DNA of 64,000 nt, taken from an uncultured Thermodesulfobacteriota bacterium (GTDB lineage Bacteria > Desulfobacterota > WTBG01 > CAIYCZ01). A program made the translations under genes and the position numbers. Numbering within the stretch: position 1 is the stretch's first letter; each line of letters starts with the position of its first letter. This document shows positions 28,368 through 38,488 of this stretch, in pieces. The notes under the pieces are model-generated. The model was not told the DNA's origin and did not search any database. It worked only from the letters and a program-made list of their open reading frames with translations. The DNA is taken from NCBI GenBank assembly GCA_964594075.1, contig CAZQKW010000009.1, positions 11,912 through 75,911 on the forward strand, given 5' to 3'.

Positions 28368-30485
28368 ATGCAGGTTCTTCCGCAAACGATACGTAAGCGT
28401 GACGAGTCTCTGGTGAGCTTTGATAACCAGAAAATATGGCGCGCCATCTATAGGGCTGCTTTTGAAGTTCTGGCAGATGAATCAAAAGCCAGAGAGTTAG
28501 CAGATGGCACACTTGGCAAGGTATTGGAAAAAATTTCACTTCGTTATGCCAATCTCGTTCCTTCCGTTGAAAATATCCAGGATACGGTAGAAGAAACACT
28601 GATGGAGGAAGGCAACAGCGTTATTGCCCGAAGTTATATTCTCTATCGGGAGGAACATAAATACCTCAGACAGGCAAAAAAAATCTTTGGTATTAAAGAT
28701 GACCTTAAACTCCCCTTAAACTCTCTTTTTGTGCTAAAAAATCGTTATTTGCTGAAAAATGATGATCAGCAGGTAATAGAAACCCCCCGCGAACTCTTTC
28801 AACGAGTCGCAAAAGCTATAAGCCAAGGCGAGCTGAATTACAAATCGCCGTATCAGAGGGAGGAAGTTGAAGCAACCTTTCTGCAGATGATGACCAGCCT
28901 AAAATTTATGCCAAATTCACCCACCCTCATGAATGCGGGAACAGAGCTCGGGCAACTTTCTGCCTGTTTCGTGCTGCCTGTTGAAGATTCCATTGAAGGT
29001 ATTTTTGAGACTCTGAAAAACATGGCCCGCATTCATCAGACCGGCGGTGGAACCGGGTTCGATTTTTCGCGTCTCAGACCGCGGGGCGATATTGTTAGTA
29101 CCACAAAGGGGGAAGCATCAGGGCCGGTTTCATTTATGAGCATTTTTAACCAGGCTACGGGAATAATCGTTCAAGGGGGACGGCGACGCGGCGCCAATAT
29201 GGGCATACTGCGCTGTGACCACCCCGATATTGTTGACTTTATTCAGGCCAAGCAGCAAGAAGGGGCATACTCAAACTTTAATCTTTCGGTGGCCGTTACT
29301 GACGCTTTTATGGATGCTGTCCGCAAAAATGGCTCATATGACCTCATCAATCCCCGGAACGGGAAAAAAGTCAAATCCATCCGCGCTAAGTCCACATTTG
29401 ATCTTATCGTGCACGCTGCATGGCGTTCGGGTGACCCGGGACTGGTATTCCTTGATGAAATCAACCGCCATAATCCCACGCCAGTAATGGGGAAAATAGA
29501 AGCCACTAACCCGTGCGGAGAAATCCCGTTACTTCCTTATGAAAGCTGTAACCTTGCATCAGTCAATCTGGCAAAATTCGTAAATGGAAGAACTATTGAC
29601 TGGGAAGGACTAAAAGAGTGCATCTGGTGGGGAGTTCGTTTTCTTGACGATGTTATTGAAGTCAACAAATATCCCCTGTCCCAAATCAAAGAAATTACAT
29701 TTGCAAACCGCAAAATAGGGCTGGGGGTCATGGGATTTGCCGATATGCTAATAAAATTAGGCATTCCCTATACTGATCCTCAGGCACTCACTACGGCAAA
29801 GACGCTTATGCAATTTTTTCAGCAGGAAACGCGCAATGCTTCAATGCGCCTTGCCCGTGAACGAGGGGCCTTCCCGGCTTATGAGAAATCCATATATCCG
29901 GCGATGAACCTGAAACTGCGCAATGCAACGGTCAACACTGTAGCGCCGACGGGAACTATCAGCATTATCTGCGGCTGCTCCAGCGGTATAGAGCCGTTAT
30001 TCGCGTTGAGCTATGTGCGGAACGTCCTGGCGGGAGCAAAACTGTTTGAAGTCCATCAGCTCTTTGCACAGGAACTTCGCCAGCGGGGTCTTTACCATAA
30101 AGATCTTATGGCAGAAATAGGAAAATCAGGTTCGATCCAGCAGCTCAATGAAATACCCGAAGAGCTGAGAAAATTGTTTGTCATTGCTTTTGATATATCG
30201 CCTGACCAACACCTTGAAATTCAGGCAGCGTTTCAGCAGTTCACGGATAATTCGGTTTCCAAAACCATAAACCTTCCCCCTGATGCGAGCATTGAGGATG
30301 TGGCACATATTTATCTGCGCGCCCATGAATTGAAATGCAAGGGTATAACGATTTACCGTTACGGCACGAAAGAAAATCAGGTGCTTTCTTTTGGCGCGGA
30401 GGAGTGGGAAGAAGAAGCAGAAGAGCTTATTACTGCAGATGCTGAATATTCCGGGGGATGTTTTTCCGGAACCTGTGTTTTTTAG
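28368..30485 (+). CDS. nrdJ: class II (adenosylcobalamin-dependent) ribonucleotide reductase with N-terminal ATP-cone
   Basis: ATP-cone (VSFDNQKIWRAIYRA), NPCGEIPLLPYESCNL active-site region, C-terminal Cys pair CFSGTCVF. Confidence 0.85.
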   Translation: MQVLPQTIRKRDESLVSFDNQKIWRAIYRAAFEVLADESKARELADGTLGKVLEKISLRYANLVPSVENIQDTVEETLMEEGNSVIARSYILYREEHKYLRQAKKIFGIKDDLKLPLNSLFVLKNRYLLKNDDQQVIETPRELFQRVAKAISQGELNYKSPYQREEVEATFLQMMTSLKFMPNSPTLMNAGTELGQLSACFVLPVEDSIEGIFETLKNMARIHQTGGGTGFDFSRLRPRGDIVSTTKGEASGPVSFMSIFNQATGIIVQGGRRRGANMGILRCDHPDIVDFIQAKQQEGAYSNFNLSVAVTDAFMDAVRKNGSYDLINPRNGKKVKSIRAKSTFDLIVHAAWRSGDPGLVFLDEINRHNPTPVMGKIEATNPCGEIPLLPYESCNLASVNLAKFVNGRTIDWEGLKECIWWGVRFLDDVIEVNKYPLSQIKEITFANRKIGLGVMGFADMLIKLGIPYTDPQALTTAKTLMQFFQQETRNASMRLARERGAFPAYEKSIYPAMNLKLRNATVNTVAPTGTISIICGCSSGIEPLFALSYVRNVLAGAKLFEVHQLFAQELRQRGLYHKDLMAEIGKSGSIQQLNEIPEELRKLFVIAFDISPDQHLEIQAAFQQFTDNSVSKTINLPPDASIEDVAHIYLRAHELKCKGITIYRYGTKENQVLSFGAEEWEEEAEELITADAEYSGGCFSGTCVF

Positions 30486-30539
30486 ACACGGTGCCAAACA
30501 ATTTCTTTCCCAATTTATCTGCTGACAGGAGTTTAAACC

Positions 30540-31187
30540 ATGCAAAGCGCACAGAAACGAATAGGTGCGATTATCAAAATTCTCCGACAAAACTATCCCG
30601 TTGCCTGCACAGCACTTAATTTTGAAACGCCGCTGCAGATTCTTGTCGCGACCATTCTTTCAGCCCAGTGCACTGACGAACGGGTTAATAAAATAACTCC
30701 GGCACTCTTTAAAAAATATTCTTCCGCAAAACATTTTGCGTGCGCTCGGCAGGAAGACCTGGAAAGAGAAATTCGGTCCACCGGATTCTTTAGAAATAAA
30801 GCAAAGAATATCATCGCAGCGGCAAAAAAAATTTGTAATGACTACGGCGGGCACGTGCCGGATTCCATGGAAAAACTTTTAACGCTACCGGGCGTTGCGC
30901 GTAAAACAGCCAACATTGTGTTATCCAGCGCCTTTAAAAAGGCGGAAGGTATTGCGGTAGATACGCATGTCAAGCGGTTATCTGAACGTCTGGCGTTGAG
31001 CACGCATGAAGATCCGGAAAAAATTGAAAAAGATCTCATGGCGTTGGTGCCCAAAAAGGACTGGCTGGATTTTAATTATCTGCTGGTCAATCATGGCCGG
31101 GCAATTTGCACGGCACGAAAGCCGAAATGCCTTGAATGCCCGATACAACATCTCTGCCCGTCGGCAAAAAAATTCTCCACTGGCTAA
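30540..31187 (+). CDS. nth: endonuclease III
   Basis: HhH-GPD (LPGVARKTANIVL), catalytic Lys/Asp, 4Fe-4S motif C-x6-C-x2-C-x5-C (CTARKPKCLECPIQHLC). Confidence 0.85.
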   Translation: MQSAQKRIGAIIKILRQNYPVACTALNFETPLQILVATILSAQCTDERVNKITPALFKKYSSAKHFACARQEDLEREIRSTGFFRNKAKNIIAAAKKICNDYGGHVPDSMEKLLTLPGVARKTANIVLSSAFKKAEGIAVDTHVKRLSERLALSTHEDPEKIEKDLMALVPKKDWLDFNYLLVNHGRAICTARKPKCLECPIQHLCPSAKKFSTG

Positions 31188-31203
31188 AAAGCCAAGATGC
31201 ACA

Positions 31204-32124
31204 ATGGCTAAAAAGTTAATGGGCATTTTTTATGGCTTTTACCCGTTAACCCCTATGCAGCGAGGAAATATGCTATTTACCAACTCAGTTATCAAAGAAG
31301 CCTGTGCAGATTTGCAGTCCCGCTATGTTGACTATCTTATCAATCATTTTGCAGATTGGCGCGTCTGGGCGGAGGCTTCCGCTAAAGTTGCGAACCGGGA
31401 ACCGGTGCGGGAGGAAGAAATTCCCGTGGCGTTTCGAACAGAATTCAAGATAACCAAAGTCATCGTGGAGATGGAAGACCTCGGGAAATTTGACTGGCAA
31501 AACCCCACGCTGCTAAAACTGTTTGGTGAACTTGCGCAAGGAGAATTTTATGCCTTTTTTGGCGATATGATAACCCAAATTGCCCTGCGTCTGTCACAGT
31601 CAACGGGGGTCAAAACCCTCTTTGAGATCGGGGCCGGCAGAGCAAATCTAACCAAGATTATGCTTGACCAGATGAGGGCGATGCAGGTAGCGCTGCCTAT
31701 CATAACCACAGATTCCCAGCCGATTATTTTAGATACTATTGAAAAGCTGAAATCAGAATACCCCGAGGCAGAAATTTATCCCGGCCTCTGGAATATTACC
31801 GACGATCCTTCCGATGAACTGTTCACCGTAATTCAGCATCCGGTTCTTCTGTATGAGCGCTACACGCTTAACTATGCAAACGTGAGTGCGATCAAAAATA
31901 TCTCACGAATTGCAGACATTGTGGTGCTGGGGGACTGGTTTAACTATACCGGCGAACTGTTTGCCTATGACGAGATATTTAAAAAAATTGGTGCGATGCC
32001 CCTGTTTTTTAAGGACATAAAACCCCATCTTGATAAATATTTTCCCAATCAGTATATTTTTGATCAGCGCGCCCTTGATTCAATCAAGCTTCCCAATATA
32101 ACCCTGCTTATAGCGTGGAAGTGA
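31204..32124 (+). CDS. putative class I SAM-dependent methyltransferase (start after nth stop; ORF-track upstream extension overlaps nth)
   Basis: Motif-I-like LFEIGAGRANLTKIM; otherwise uncharacterised. Confidence 0.4.
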   Translation: MAKKLMGIFYGFYPLTPMQRGNMLFTNSVIKEACADLQSRYVDYLINHFADWRVWAEASAKVANREPVREEEIPVAFRTEFKITKVIVEMEDLGKFDWQNPTLLKLFGELAQGEFYAFFGDMITQIALRLSQSTGVKTLFEIGAGRANLTKIMLDQMRAMQVALPIITTDSQPIILDTIEKLKSEYPEAEIYPGLWNITDDPSDELFTVIQHPVLLYERYTLNYANVSAIKNISRIADIVVLGDWFNYTGELFAYDEIFKKIGAMPLFFKDIKPHLDKYFPNQYIFDQRALDSIKLPNITLLIAWK

Positions 32125-32133
32125 TGGATCAAT

Positions 32134-32847
32134 TCAATATTTGAGAGCAGGATTGAGCATGTCGGCAGGAAACTGCCATCTGCCCCGCAGCGTCTTATGC
32201 TTTAATGCTTCCCTGAGCAAACGCAGAAACTCTGCGCGAGGAATCTCCCGTGCTCCGAAATTAACCAAGTGTTGTGTGGTAAGCTGGCAATCAATTAACG
32301 AGAACTTTTTTGCCTGCAAAAACCAGACCAGATATACAAATGCTATCTTGGACGCATTGCTTACTCGGGAGAACATTGATTCACCAAAAAAAGCCCTTCC
32401 CAGAGATACGCCATAAAGTCCGCCAACCAGCGCACCATGTTGCCAGCTTTCAATCGAATGCGCGAAGCCTTCCTGATGGAGACTGCAATAGGCTTCAACC
32501 ATATCATCGGTGATCCACGTAGCGCTTTGATGCGGCCGCTTAATGCTGGCGCACCCCTTTATTACTTCATCAAAAGCCTGGTCAAAAGTAATGTCAAACG
32601 GTTCTTTTTTTATAAGGCGCATGAGGCGCCGGGAAATTCTCAGTTCCCCAGGATTAAGAATAAGCCGGGGGTCTGGCGACCACCATAAAATGGGCGTTTC
32701 TTTACTAAACCAAGGGAAAATCCCCATTCGATACGCCAAGAGCAGCCGCTGAACACTCAAGTCTCCGCCAACAGCAAGCAAACCATCCGCATCTGCATAG
32801 ACTGGCGAAGGGAATAGGAGTTGTTCCGTAAGCTTAAAGACGGTCAT
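32134..32847 (-). CDS. aat: leucyl/phenylalanyl-tRNA--protein transferase
   Basis: L/F-transferase family (GIFPWF, GGLYGVSLGRAFFGESMFS). Confidence 0.8.
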   Translation of the reverse strand: MTVFKLTEQLLFPSPVYADADGLLAVGGDLSVQRLLLAYRMGIFPWFSKETPILWWSPDPRLILNPGELRISRRLMRLIKKEPFDITFDQAFDEVIKGCASIKRPHQSATWITDDMVEAYCSLHQEGFAHSIESWQHGALVGGLYGVSLGRAFFGESMFSRVSNASKIAFVYLVWFLQAKKFSLIDCQLTTQHLVNFGAREIPRAEFLRLLREALKHKTLRGRWQFPADMLNPALKY

Positions 32848-32915
32848 GGTATGCGCAGATAATATAAACGATAATTTTATAATACGCTATACTGTGATAA
32901 TAATCCATAATTTGT

Positions 32916-32944
32916 GTTGACACCGGGCAATCATCTTTCTATAT
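32916..32944 (+). promoter_or_regulatory. sigma70-type promoter TTGACA-N17-TATATT upstream of the SDR gene
   Basis: TTGACA 32916..32921, 17-nt spacer, TATATT 32939..32944. Confidence 0.4.
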
Positions 32945-33029
32945 TTTTTTTATTCAAACCGGCAACTATCGGAAAGAAAATCAGTGTTATGTGTCAAATC
33001 CGGTGTTTGAGTGCACAGGGAGAACCAAG

Positions 33030-33719
33030 ATGACTGGCACAGAAAAAATCGTTGTAGTAGCAGGTGCCACGGGAAGGACAGGAAGGCACATTATACATGA
33101 AGCGCTGAAACAGGGGTATCGGGTGCGAGCGCTTATATTACGGGCAGGTGGCGCATACGACAAGTCATTTCTCAAGCAGCCGGGAGTAGAATCTGTTGAA
33201 GCCCGCCTTGAATCGGTCGCGTCACTTGAGGAGGCAATGAAGGGTGCTGATTATATAATTAGTGCAATCGGATCTAAGAAACCATTCAACAGGAGGGAGA
33301 ATGATCGTGTTGATAATAAGGGCAATCAAAATCTGGTGCTGGCAGCTAAAGCGCGGGGATTAAAACATGTGGTGGTGATATCATCAATCGGGGTGGGCAA
33401 CAGCCGCAATGCTTTAATGTGGCTGTTTCGCTTATTAATGGGCCCCGTGCTCAAGGCAAAGGAAAAATCAGAAAATTTTATCAGGGCAAGCTGCATTGAT
33501 TACACGATCATTAGACCGGGGGGCTTAACTGATACACCGCTTATGGGTAACATTGCATTCGGCGAAGGCGGAAAAATTAGCGGGCGCATAACCCGCGAGG
33601 AGGTGGCGCGTGTCTGTGTTGCAGCGTTGACTGATCCGGCACTGAAAAATAGAACGCTTGAAGTAGTTAACGCGACTACGGTAAGGGCGGATCGGCGGCG
33701 TTTTCTGATTAACCCCTAA
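33030..33719 (+). CDS. NAD(P)H-binding atypical SDR (NmrA-like) oxidoreductase
   Basis: N-terminal Rossmann motif VVVAGATGRTGRH. Confidence 0.6.
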   Translation: MTGTEKIVVVAGATGRTGRHIIHEALKQGYRVRALILRAGGAYDKSFLKQPGVESVEARLESVASLEEAMKGADYIISAIGSKKPFNRRENDRVDNKGNQNLVLAAKARGLKHVVVISSIGVGNSRNALMWLFRLLMGPVLKAKEKSENFIRASCIDYTIIRPGGLTDTPLMGNIAFGEGGKISGRITREEVARVCVAALTDPALKNRTLEVVNATTVRADRRRFLINP

Positions 33720-33867
33720 ATCAAGCCAGTAGCTATATCGCCAAGAAGAGTGTTTGGGGAACGTATTCCCATAAATTCGCAACCTTCTTGGAACATCTCG
33801 CTTATTATCATCGCAGGGGTTCTTTATTTATTTTGCCAATTGCAACCAGCAGGATAAGGATCGCGGC

Positions 33868-34659
33868 ATGCACCAAGCAGAAATACCATATCCCTCCAAA
33901 CTTGATGATCCTCGAGCGCTGCAATACATCTTTCATCCCCGCAAAGACGATGTGGCCTCTCCGCCTCATGGCGCAGTTGATTATCCTATAGCTGTTGAGG
34001 AAGGGATAACCATCGGATGCAGATTTTATACTGCAGGCGCACAGGCGCCTTCGATTCTTTTTTTTCACGGAAACGGTGAAACAGTGAGGGATTATGATGA
34101 GATAGGTCAAGTGTATAATCAGTATGGGTTGAACCTGCTGGCAGTTGAATATCGTGGCTACGGAACAAGCAATGGAACGCCTACCGTTACCGCAATGCTC
34201 AAAGATGCACTGGTAATATGCCAAGAAGTGCAGAAGTGGCTCAAAAATAATAACATGAGGGCACCGCTGTGGGTTATGGGGCGATCGCTGGGCAGTGCGC
34301 CGGCTCTGGAGCTTGCGTCCCGCTATCAAACAGATTTTGAAGGACTGATTATAGAGAGCGGGTTTGCCTTTACTGTGCCACTGTTAGATTTTCTTGGTGT
34401 GGATACCAGGGCTCTGGGCATTACTGAAGCGGATTGTTTCCGGCACATAGAAAAGATTAGAACGGTGTACAAACCCACGCTGATCATTCATGCTCAGTAT
34501 GACCAGTTTATTCCTGTTTCAGATGCGGAAGTCTTTCTGAAAAATTCACCGGCTGCAAAAAAAGCTTTGAAGATAATACCCCGAGCTGATCATAACACCA
34601 TTTTGATGATTGCCGGCAGAAGCTATTTTGAAACTATACTGCAGTTTATAACGCACTAA
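33868..34659 (+). CDS. alpha/beta hydrolase
   Basis: Nucleophile elbow GRSLG, HGNGE oxyanion region, C-terminal His (RADHN). Confidence 0.6.
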   Translation: MHQAEIPYPSKLDDPRALQYIFHPRKDDVASPPHGAVDYPIAVEEGITIGCRFYTAGAQAPSILFFHGNGETVRDYDEIGQVYNQYGLNLLAVEYRGYGTSNGTPTVTAMLKDALVICQEVQKWLKNNNMRAPLWVMGRSLGSAPALELASRYQTDFEGLIIESGFAFTVPLLDFLGVDTRALGITEADCFRHIEKIRTVYKPTLIIHAQYDQFIPVSDAEVFLKNSPAAKKALKIIPRADHNTILMIAGRSYFETILQFITH

Positions 34660-34665
34660 GGCTTT

Positions 34666-35349
34666 ATGAATATAACCGCCATTAAGGCAATACTCCGCGA
34701 CACTCTGGGTATAAAAAAAGAAGTTATTGCGTTAAAATGTGCGAAGGAACCTCCAGCCCATATCAACGCTTACGGAGACATGAATAATATCTGCTATATG
34801 ATGGGCGAGGTGCTTGAAGAAAAGAAGACTTTCTATACTACTCTTAAAGACCATGTGTGCACGCTGGGGTGTGCTGCCACCGGACTTGATCCGCGGCTGC
34901 AGAAGATGGATGATGCGGCGCGAAAGGAGACCGAAAACTATCATGTCGCCACGGTAAACATATTTCCAACGCAAGAAATTCAGGCGCGGGCAGAACAAGA
35001 GGCGCAAATGCTCTTCCCCCATTTTAATGAAACCTATGCCGCGGTCATAATGGGGACGCTGGGAGACGTTCTGGAGCCCGATGCGTTGCTGCTGTTCGGC
35101 ACCCCTGAACAGATACATGTGCTGACCCGGGCGTATTGTTATGCAGCGGGAACATTTATCAAGGGCTTTGCGGGAATGGGGGCCTGCAGGATGCTGCTGC
35201 CGTACGCCATCATTAATAAAGAACCAATTTTTACAATCAGTGACCGGGCATGGCGTAGAGCTTTAGCGCTTGCTCCTGAAGAGCTTACCCTTGCAATGCC
35301 ACCAGACAAGCTTCTTATTATGCTGGAGCATCTTGACAAGGTGCGGTAG
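34666..35349 (+). CDS. DUF169-like uncharacterised protein
   Basis: ~227 aa, Cys-containing pattern recalled as resembling DUF169 family; low certainty. Confidence 0.35.
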   Translation: MNITAIKAILRDTLGIKKEVIALKCAKEPPAHINAYGDMNNICYMMGEVLEEKKTFYTTLKDHVCTLGCAATGLDPRLQKMDDAARKETENYHVATVNIFPTQEIQARAEQEAQMLFPHFNETYAAVIMGTLGDVLEPDALLLFGTPEQIHVLTRAYCYAAGTFIKGFAGMGACRMLLPYAIINKEPIFTISDRAWRRALALAPEELTLAMPPDKLLIMLEHLDKVR

Positions 35350-35423
35350 CAATGCACATCCTATCCGGAAGGCTTTTTGTTTTAATTGAAGTTTAGGGCG
35401 GTTACCTTGTCTGGGGCGAGGGT

Positions 35424-35870
35424 TTATTTGGCTTTTGTCATATCTCCCATTATTGCTTTTCCCTGCATATTATATAATGTGCCGCTTTTCAGCCTGCCGC
35501 CTTCATAGACAAGGTCAGCTTTTAATTGTCCATTCAAATAATATTCTTTAGTCACGCCCTCCCGTTTGCCATTCCTGTAATGAATCTCTGACCACACCGT
35601 ACCGTTTTCATAATAGCGCTTAAAGACACCCTCAAGCTTACCATTCACATAATGTGCTTCTGTCTTTATTTTATCGCTTGGGTAAAAGGTTCTTTTTATT
35701 TCCTCATTGTGGTCTTCTGCGGCGCACTTAACGGCCAGCACGCAAAAACAGGACATACATGCCGATACAAACAATAGTTTTGAAAAATGACTGATGCCAG
35801 AGAGAACCACGAGTTTTTGTCCAAGGCGTTTAGAGATGCGCTGGGCGAGAGAAGAGAGGAGGTGGGGCAT
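35424..35870 (-). CDS. MORN-repeat (YwqK-like) secreted protein; start at internal MPHLL...
   Basis: Repeated Y-x-NG-x-x-EG motifs (HYVNGKLEGVFKRYYENGTVWSEIHYRNGKREGVTKEYYLNGQLK); signal-like N-terminus. Confidence 0.5.
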   Translation of the reverse strand: MPHLLSSLAQRISKRLGQKLVVLSGISHFSKLLFVSACMSCFCVLAVKCAAEDHNEEIKRTFYPSDKIKTEAHYVNGKLEGVFKRYYENGTVWSEIHYRNGKREGVTKEYYLNGQLKADLVYEGGRLKSGTLYNMQGKAIMGDMTKAK

Positions 35871-35877
35871 AAGACAA

Positions 35878-36471
35878 TCAGGCCTTTGTTTTTGCAGCGG
35901 GCCGGGGAACGGAAATATGCTTGAACTCTTTGCCGTTTCCGCTGTCCCGATTTTGCAGCATTTGCTCCAGGTCATCAAATTTTTTCATATCAAAAGAATG
36001 TTCTAAATACCCCTGTGCCACAAGCATAACTTTTTTGGAGATTGCAATAAGCTGCGGGGCAAGTTTTGATTGCATAATTATCTGAGTTTTTGGCGGAAGA
36101 AAAGAAACAAGGATTAATACCCCAACACAACAAACCGCCATGCCTTTTAAACCACCGAAGATGATCCCTAATATTCTATCGAGCCACCCCAGCTTGATAC
36201 TTTTCACGACCCTTCGTATTCCTTTGCCCACTAAAAAAAGCGGAATATAAATAGCAAAAAACAGGGCGGCGAAACTGATTAATGTGTTTATCTGCTGATT
36301 ATTAAGGTAGGCAGAAAGTTCCTTGCTTATTTCGTCATGAAACGAAAATGCACCATAAAGGCCCAAGCACAGTGCGGCGAGAGAAAAAGCGGCCCTGATG
36401 AGCCCTTTGCTCAAACCAGACACGGCAAAAATGAGACAGATTAAAAGAATGGCAATATCCAAGGAATTCAT
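35878..36471 (-). CDS. cvpA: CvpA family membrane protein
   Basis: Four TM helices and family-typical N-terminus MNSLDIAILLICLIFAVSGLSKGLIR. Confidence 0.7.
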   Translation of the reverse strand: MNSLDIAILLICLIFAVSGLSKGLIRAAFSLAALCLGLYGAFSFHDEISKELSAYLNNQQINTLISFAALFFAIYIPLFLVGKGIRRVVKSIKLGWLDRILGIIFGGLKGMAVCCVGVLILVSFLPPKTQIIMQSKLAPQLIAISKKVMLVAQGYLEHSFDMKKFDDLEQMLQNRDSGNGKEFKHISVPRPAAKTKA

Positions 36472-36975
36472 ATGCCGATGCAGGGAATAGGAACAGCACC
36501 AGAAATTTAAAAATATTCAAACAGGGTTGAATTAGATTAAAATTACATTAATTGTATTTTTTCATATATTTTTTTTTAGTCAAGATTTATTTTAGTTTCA
36601 GGTTGCTGCTCAAAAATATTGCTTTCAGCACCCGTGAGTTCATTCTCAACATGCTAACTTCACAAAAGTTTTTAGCATCGCCATTAAACTCATATAAATA
36701 AAATGGCAAGGTAAGGTAAAACGCAACGTTTTGAATAGTAAAATTGCTCACAAGTTTATTATATTTTAAAATAAAAAACGAATTTAAAAAATATAAAATA
36801 GCTCTTGCAATTATTTGTCTGAAGTAATATTTTATTCACATTGATCCTGCATTATATTCATTTATTGGTATAAATTTCTTCTGCGGATTGTATAAACGTA
36901 TAGGTATAGAATTTGTTGGTATGGATGCCAGAGGTAAGATACCAATAGGTTTTCAGGTTTCTGCATTCATAAAAG

Positions 36976-37020
36976 CTCCTATCAAATAGTAACTAGTGCA
37001 CGGTAGGAGTTTTTTGTTTT
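36976..37020 (+). terminator. terminator-like hairpin + T-run ~20 nt upstream of the start codon of the 37040 gene (possible attenuator / end of an unannotated sRNA)
   Basis: CTCCTATC-N18-GGTAGGAG (8 bp, one G-U) followed by TTTTTTGTTTT. Confidence 0.4.
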
Positions 37021-37039
37021 AATAGGGAGGGGTTGTCGC

Positions 37040-37420
37040 ATGAAAGAAAGAAAATTATTTTTCAAAATAACTCTGGTGCTTTCATTTATCGCAGGCTTTG
37101 CATTAATGTTATACGATGCCGGAGAACGCTACACGATTTTTAGAGATAGTCTGGCACGGGAAATAGTGATAAAGAAAACCAATAATGATTTTGCAGATAA
37201 CGCTGGCTATATAGATGCAGCAGCATCAGGAAAGAACTCGGCAACGGAGGTCTTGCAGGAACTCTTGAACAAAGAAAAACAGGCAATAGGGTTCATGGAT
37301 GTAATCAAGAATACCAGGTTTGGCATATTTATGGGGACCTTTTTCCTATTGGGTTTTGCCCAGATCTGGATGCTGTATTTTCTCATTATGCTGGGATTAA
37401 CCAGCAAAAAAAGACGCTGA
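37040..37420 (+). CDS. hypothetical small membrane protein
   Basis: GGGAGGGG RBS; N- and C-terminal TM helices; AT-rich codon usage. Confidence 0.4.
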   Translation: MKERKLFFKITLVLSFIAGFALMLYDAGERYTIFRDSLAREIVIKKTNNDFADNAGYIDAAASGKNSATEVLQELLNKEKQAIGFMDVIKNTRFGIFMGTFFLLGFAQIWMLYFLIMLGLTSKKRR

Positions 37421-37442
37421 ACAGCGGGGCGTTGCACTGCCT

Positions 37443-37973
37443 ATGAATCTCAAAATAAAGATTTCAGCACTCAATAGTGAAATATCTCTGGTAGACAACA
37501 AATTTCAACTTTACTTTTTAGGCGAAGAAAGAACGCCGCCCATAAAAGAATTTGAGCGACTAAAGCAGCAGGTGAGTATTCTGCAAAATGAAAAACCCCC
37601 TTCTGTGAGCGGTCAATTTCTCACCAACAGTTTTTTGCGTCGCTTTGCAGCCTATCGAAACAAATGGGAGCGGTTGCTAAGAGATATTGAAGAAGGGAGA
37701 AAAAAGCCCAGCAAGCATTTCTTCGTAAAGGCGCCCCAAAAAGTATTGCCCCCGACCGCGCTGCCAGATGAGGTGGTAAAGGAAATTGATTTGGTGGTTG
37801 CCCAGTTTGCAGAATACACAGAGAAACATTCAGGAAAAAAATTAAATAGAAAAACTTTAAAGCACCAGCTTGCAGAAAAAGCCCGCGATATGTATGTTCA
37901 GTATGGCGACAGCTATTATTTGGATCTTTATTATGATGACACCGGCATTGAAATTCGAACCATTAAACGGTAG
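37443..37973 (+). CDS. hypothetical protein
   Basis: 176-aa ORF, no recognisable motif. Confidence 0.4.
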   Translation: MNLKIKISALNSEISLVDNKFQLYFLGEERTPPIKEFERLKQQVSILQNEKPPSVSGQFLTNSFLRRFAAYRNKWERLLRDIEEGRKKPSKHFFVKAPQKVLPPTALPDEVVKEIDLVVAQFAEYTEKHSGKKLNRKTLKHQLAEKARDMYVQYGDSYYLDLYYDDTGIEIRTIKR

Positions 37974-38002
37974 ATAAGATGCTCATATAATCCAAATGTT
38001 TT

Positions 38003-38428
38003 TTGAGGACAGAGGAACAAGAAATGAAAAAAATCTTATTATTGACCGCAATCGTAATACTCACAGGTTGCAGCACAAAAAGGCCGGTGCTGTATCCCAA
38101 TGAACACCTGCAAAAAGTTGGACAGGCACAGGCGCAGCTTGATATAGAAGAGTGCTGCAGAAGGGCTGATGCATATATTAAGTCAGAGCCCGGCAAAGAA
38201 ATCGCTAAAGATGCAGCTCAAGCAGGGACAGTCGGCGCTGCAACCGGCGCAGCTGTTGGGGCAGTCTATGGAAAGGCAGGGCGGGGCGCTGCCGCAGGTG
38301 CCGCAGGTGGAGCTGTTGCTGCAACAACCAGCGGCATTTTCAGGTCAAAAGAACCAAGCCCGGTTTATCAAAATTTTGTAAATCGCTGTCTGCGCGAAAA
38401 GGGGTATGAACCCATCGGATGGCAATAA
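38003..38428 (+). CDS. glycine-zipper lipoprotein
   Basis: Lipobox LTGC; Gly/Ala zipper GTVGAATGAAVGAVYGKAGRGAAAGAAGGAVAATT. Confidence 0.5.
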   Translation: MRTEEQEMKKILLLTAIVILTGCSTKRPVLYPNEHLQKVGQAQAQLDIEECCRRADAYIKSEPGKEIAKDAAQAGTVGAATGAAVGAVYGKAGRGAAAGAAGGAVAATTSGIFRSKEPSPVYQNFVNRCLREKGYEPIGWQ

Positions 38429-38488
38429 CCGTGTGTTTAACGCGAATATTTGGATCGGAAGACATTACGGCACTGGTTTGCAGTTTAT

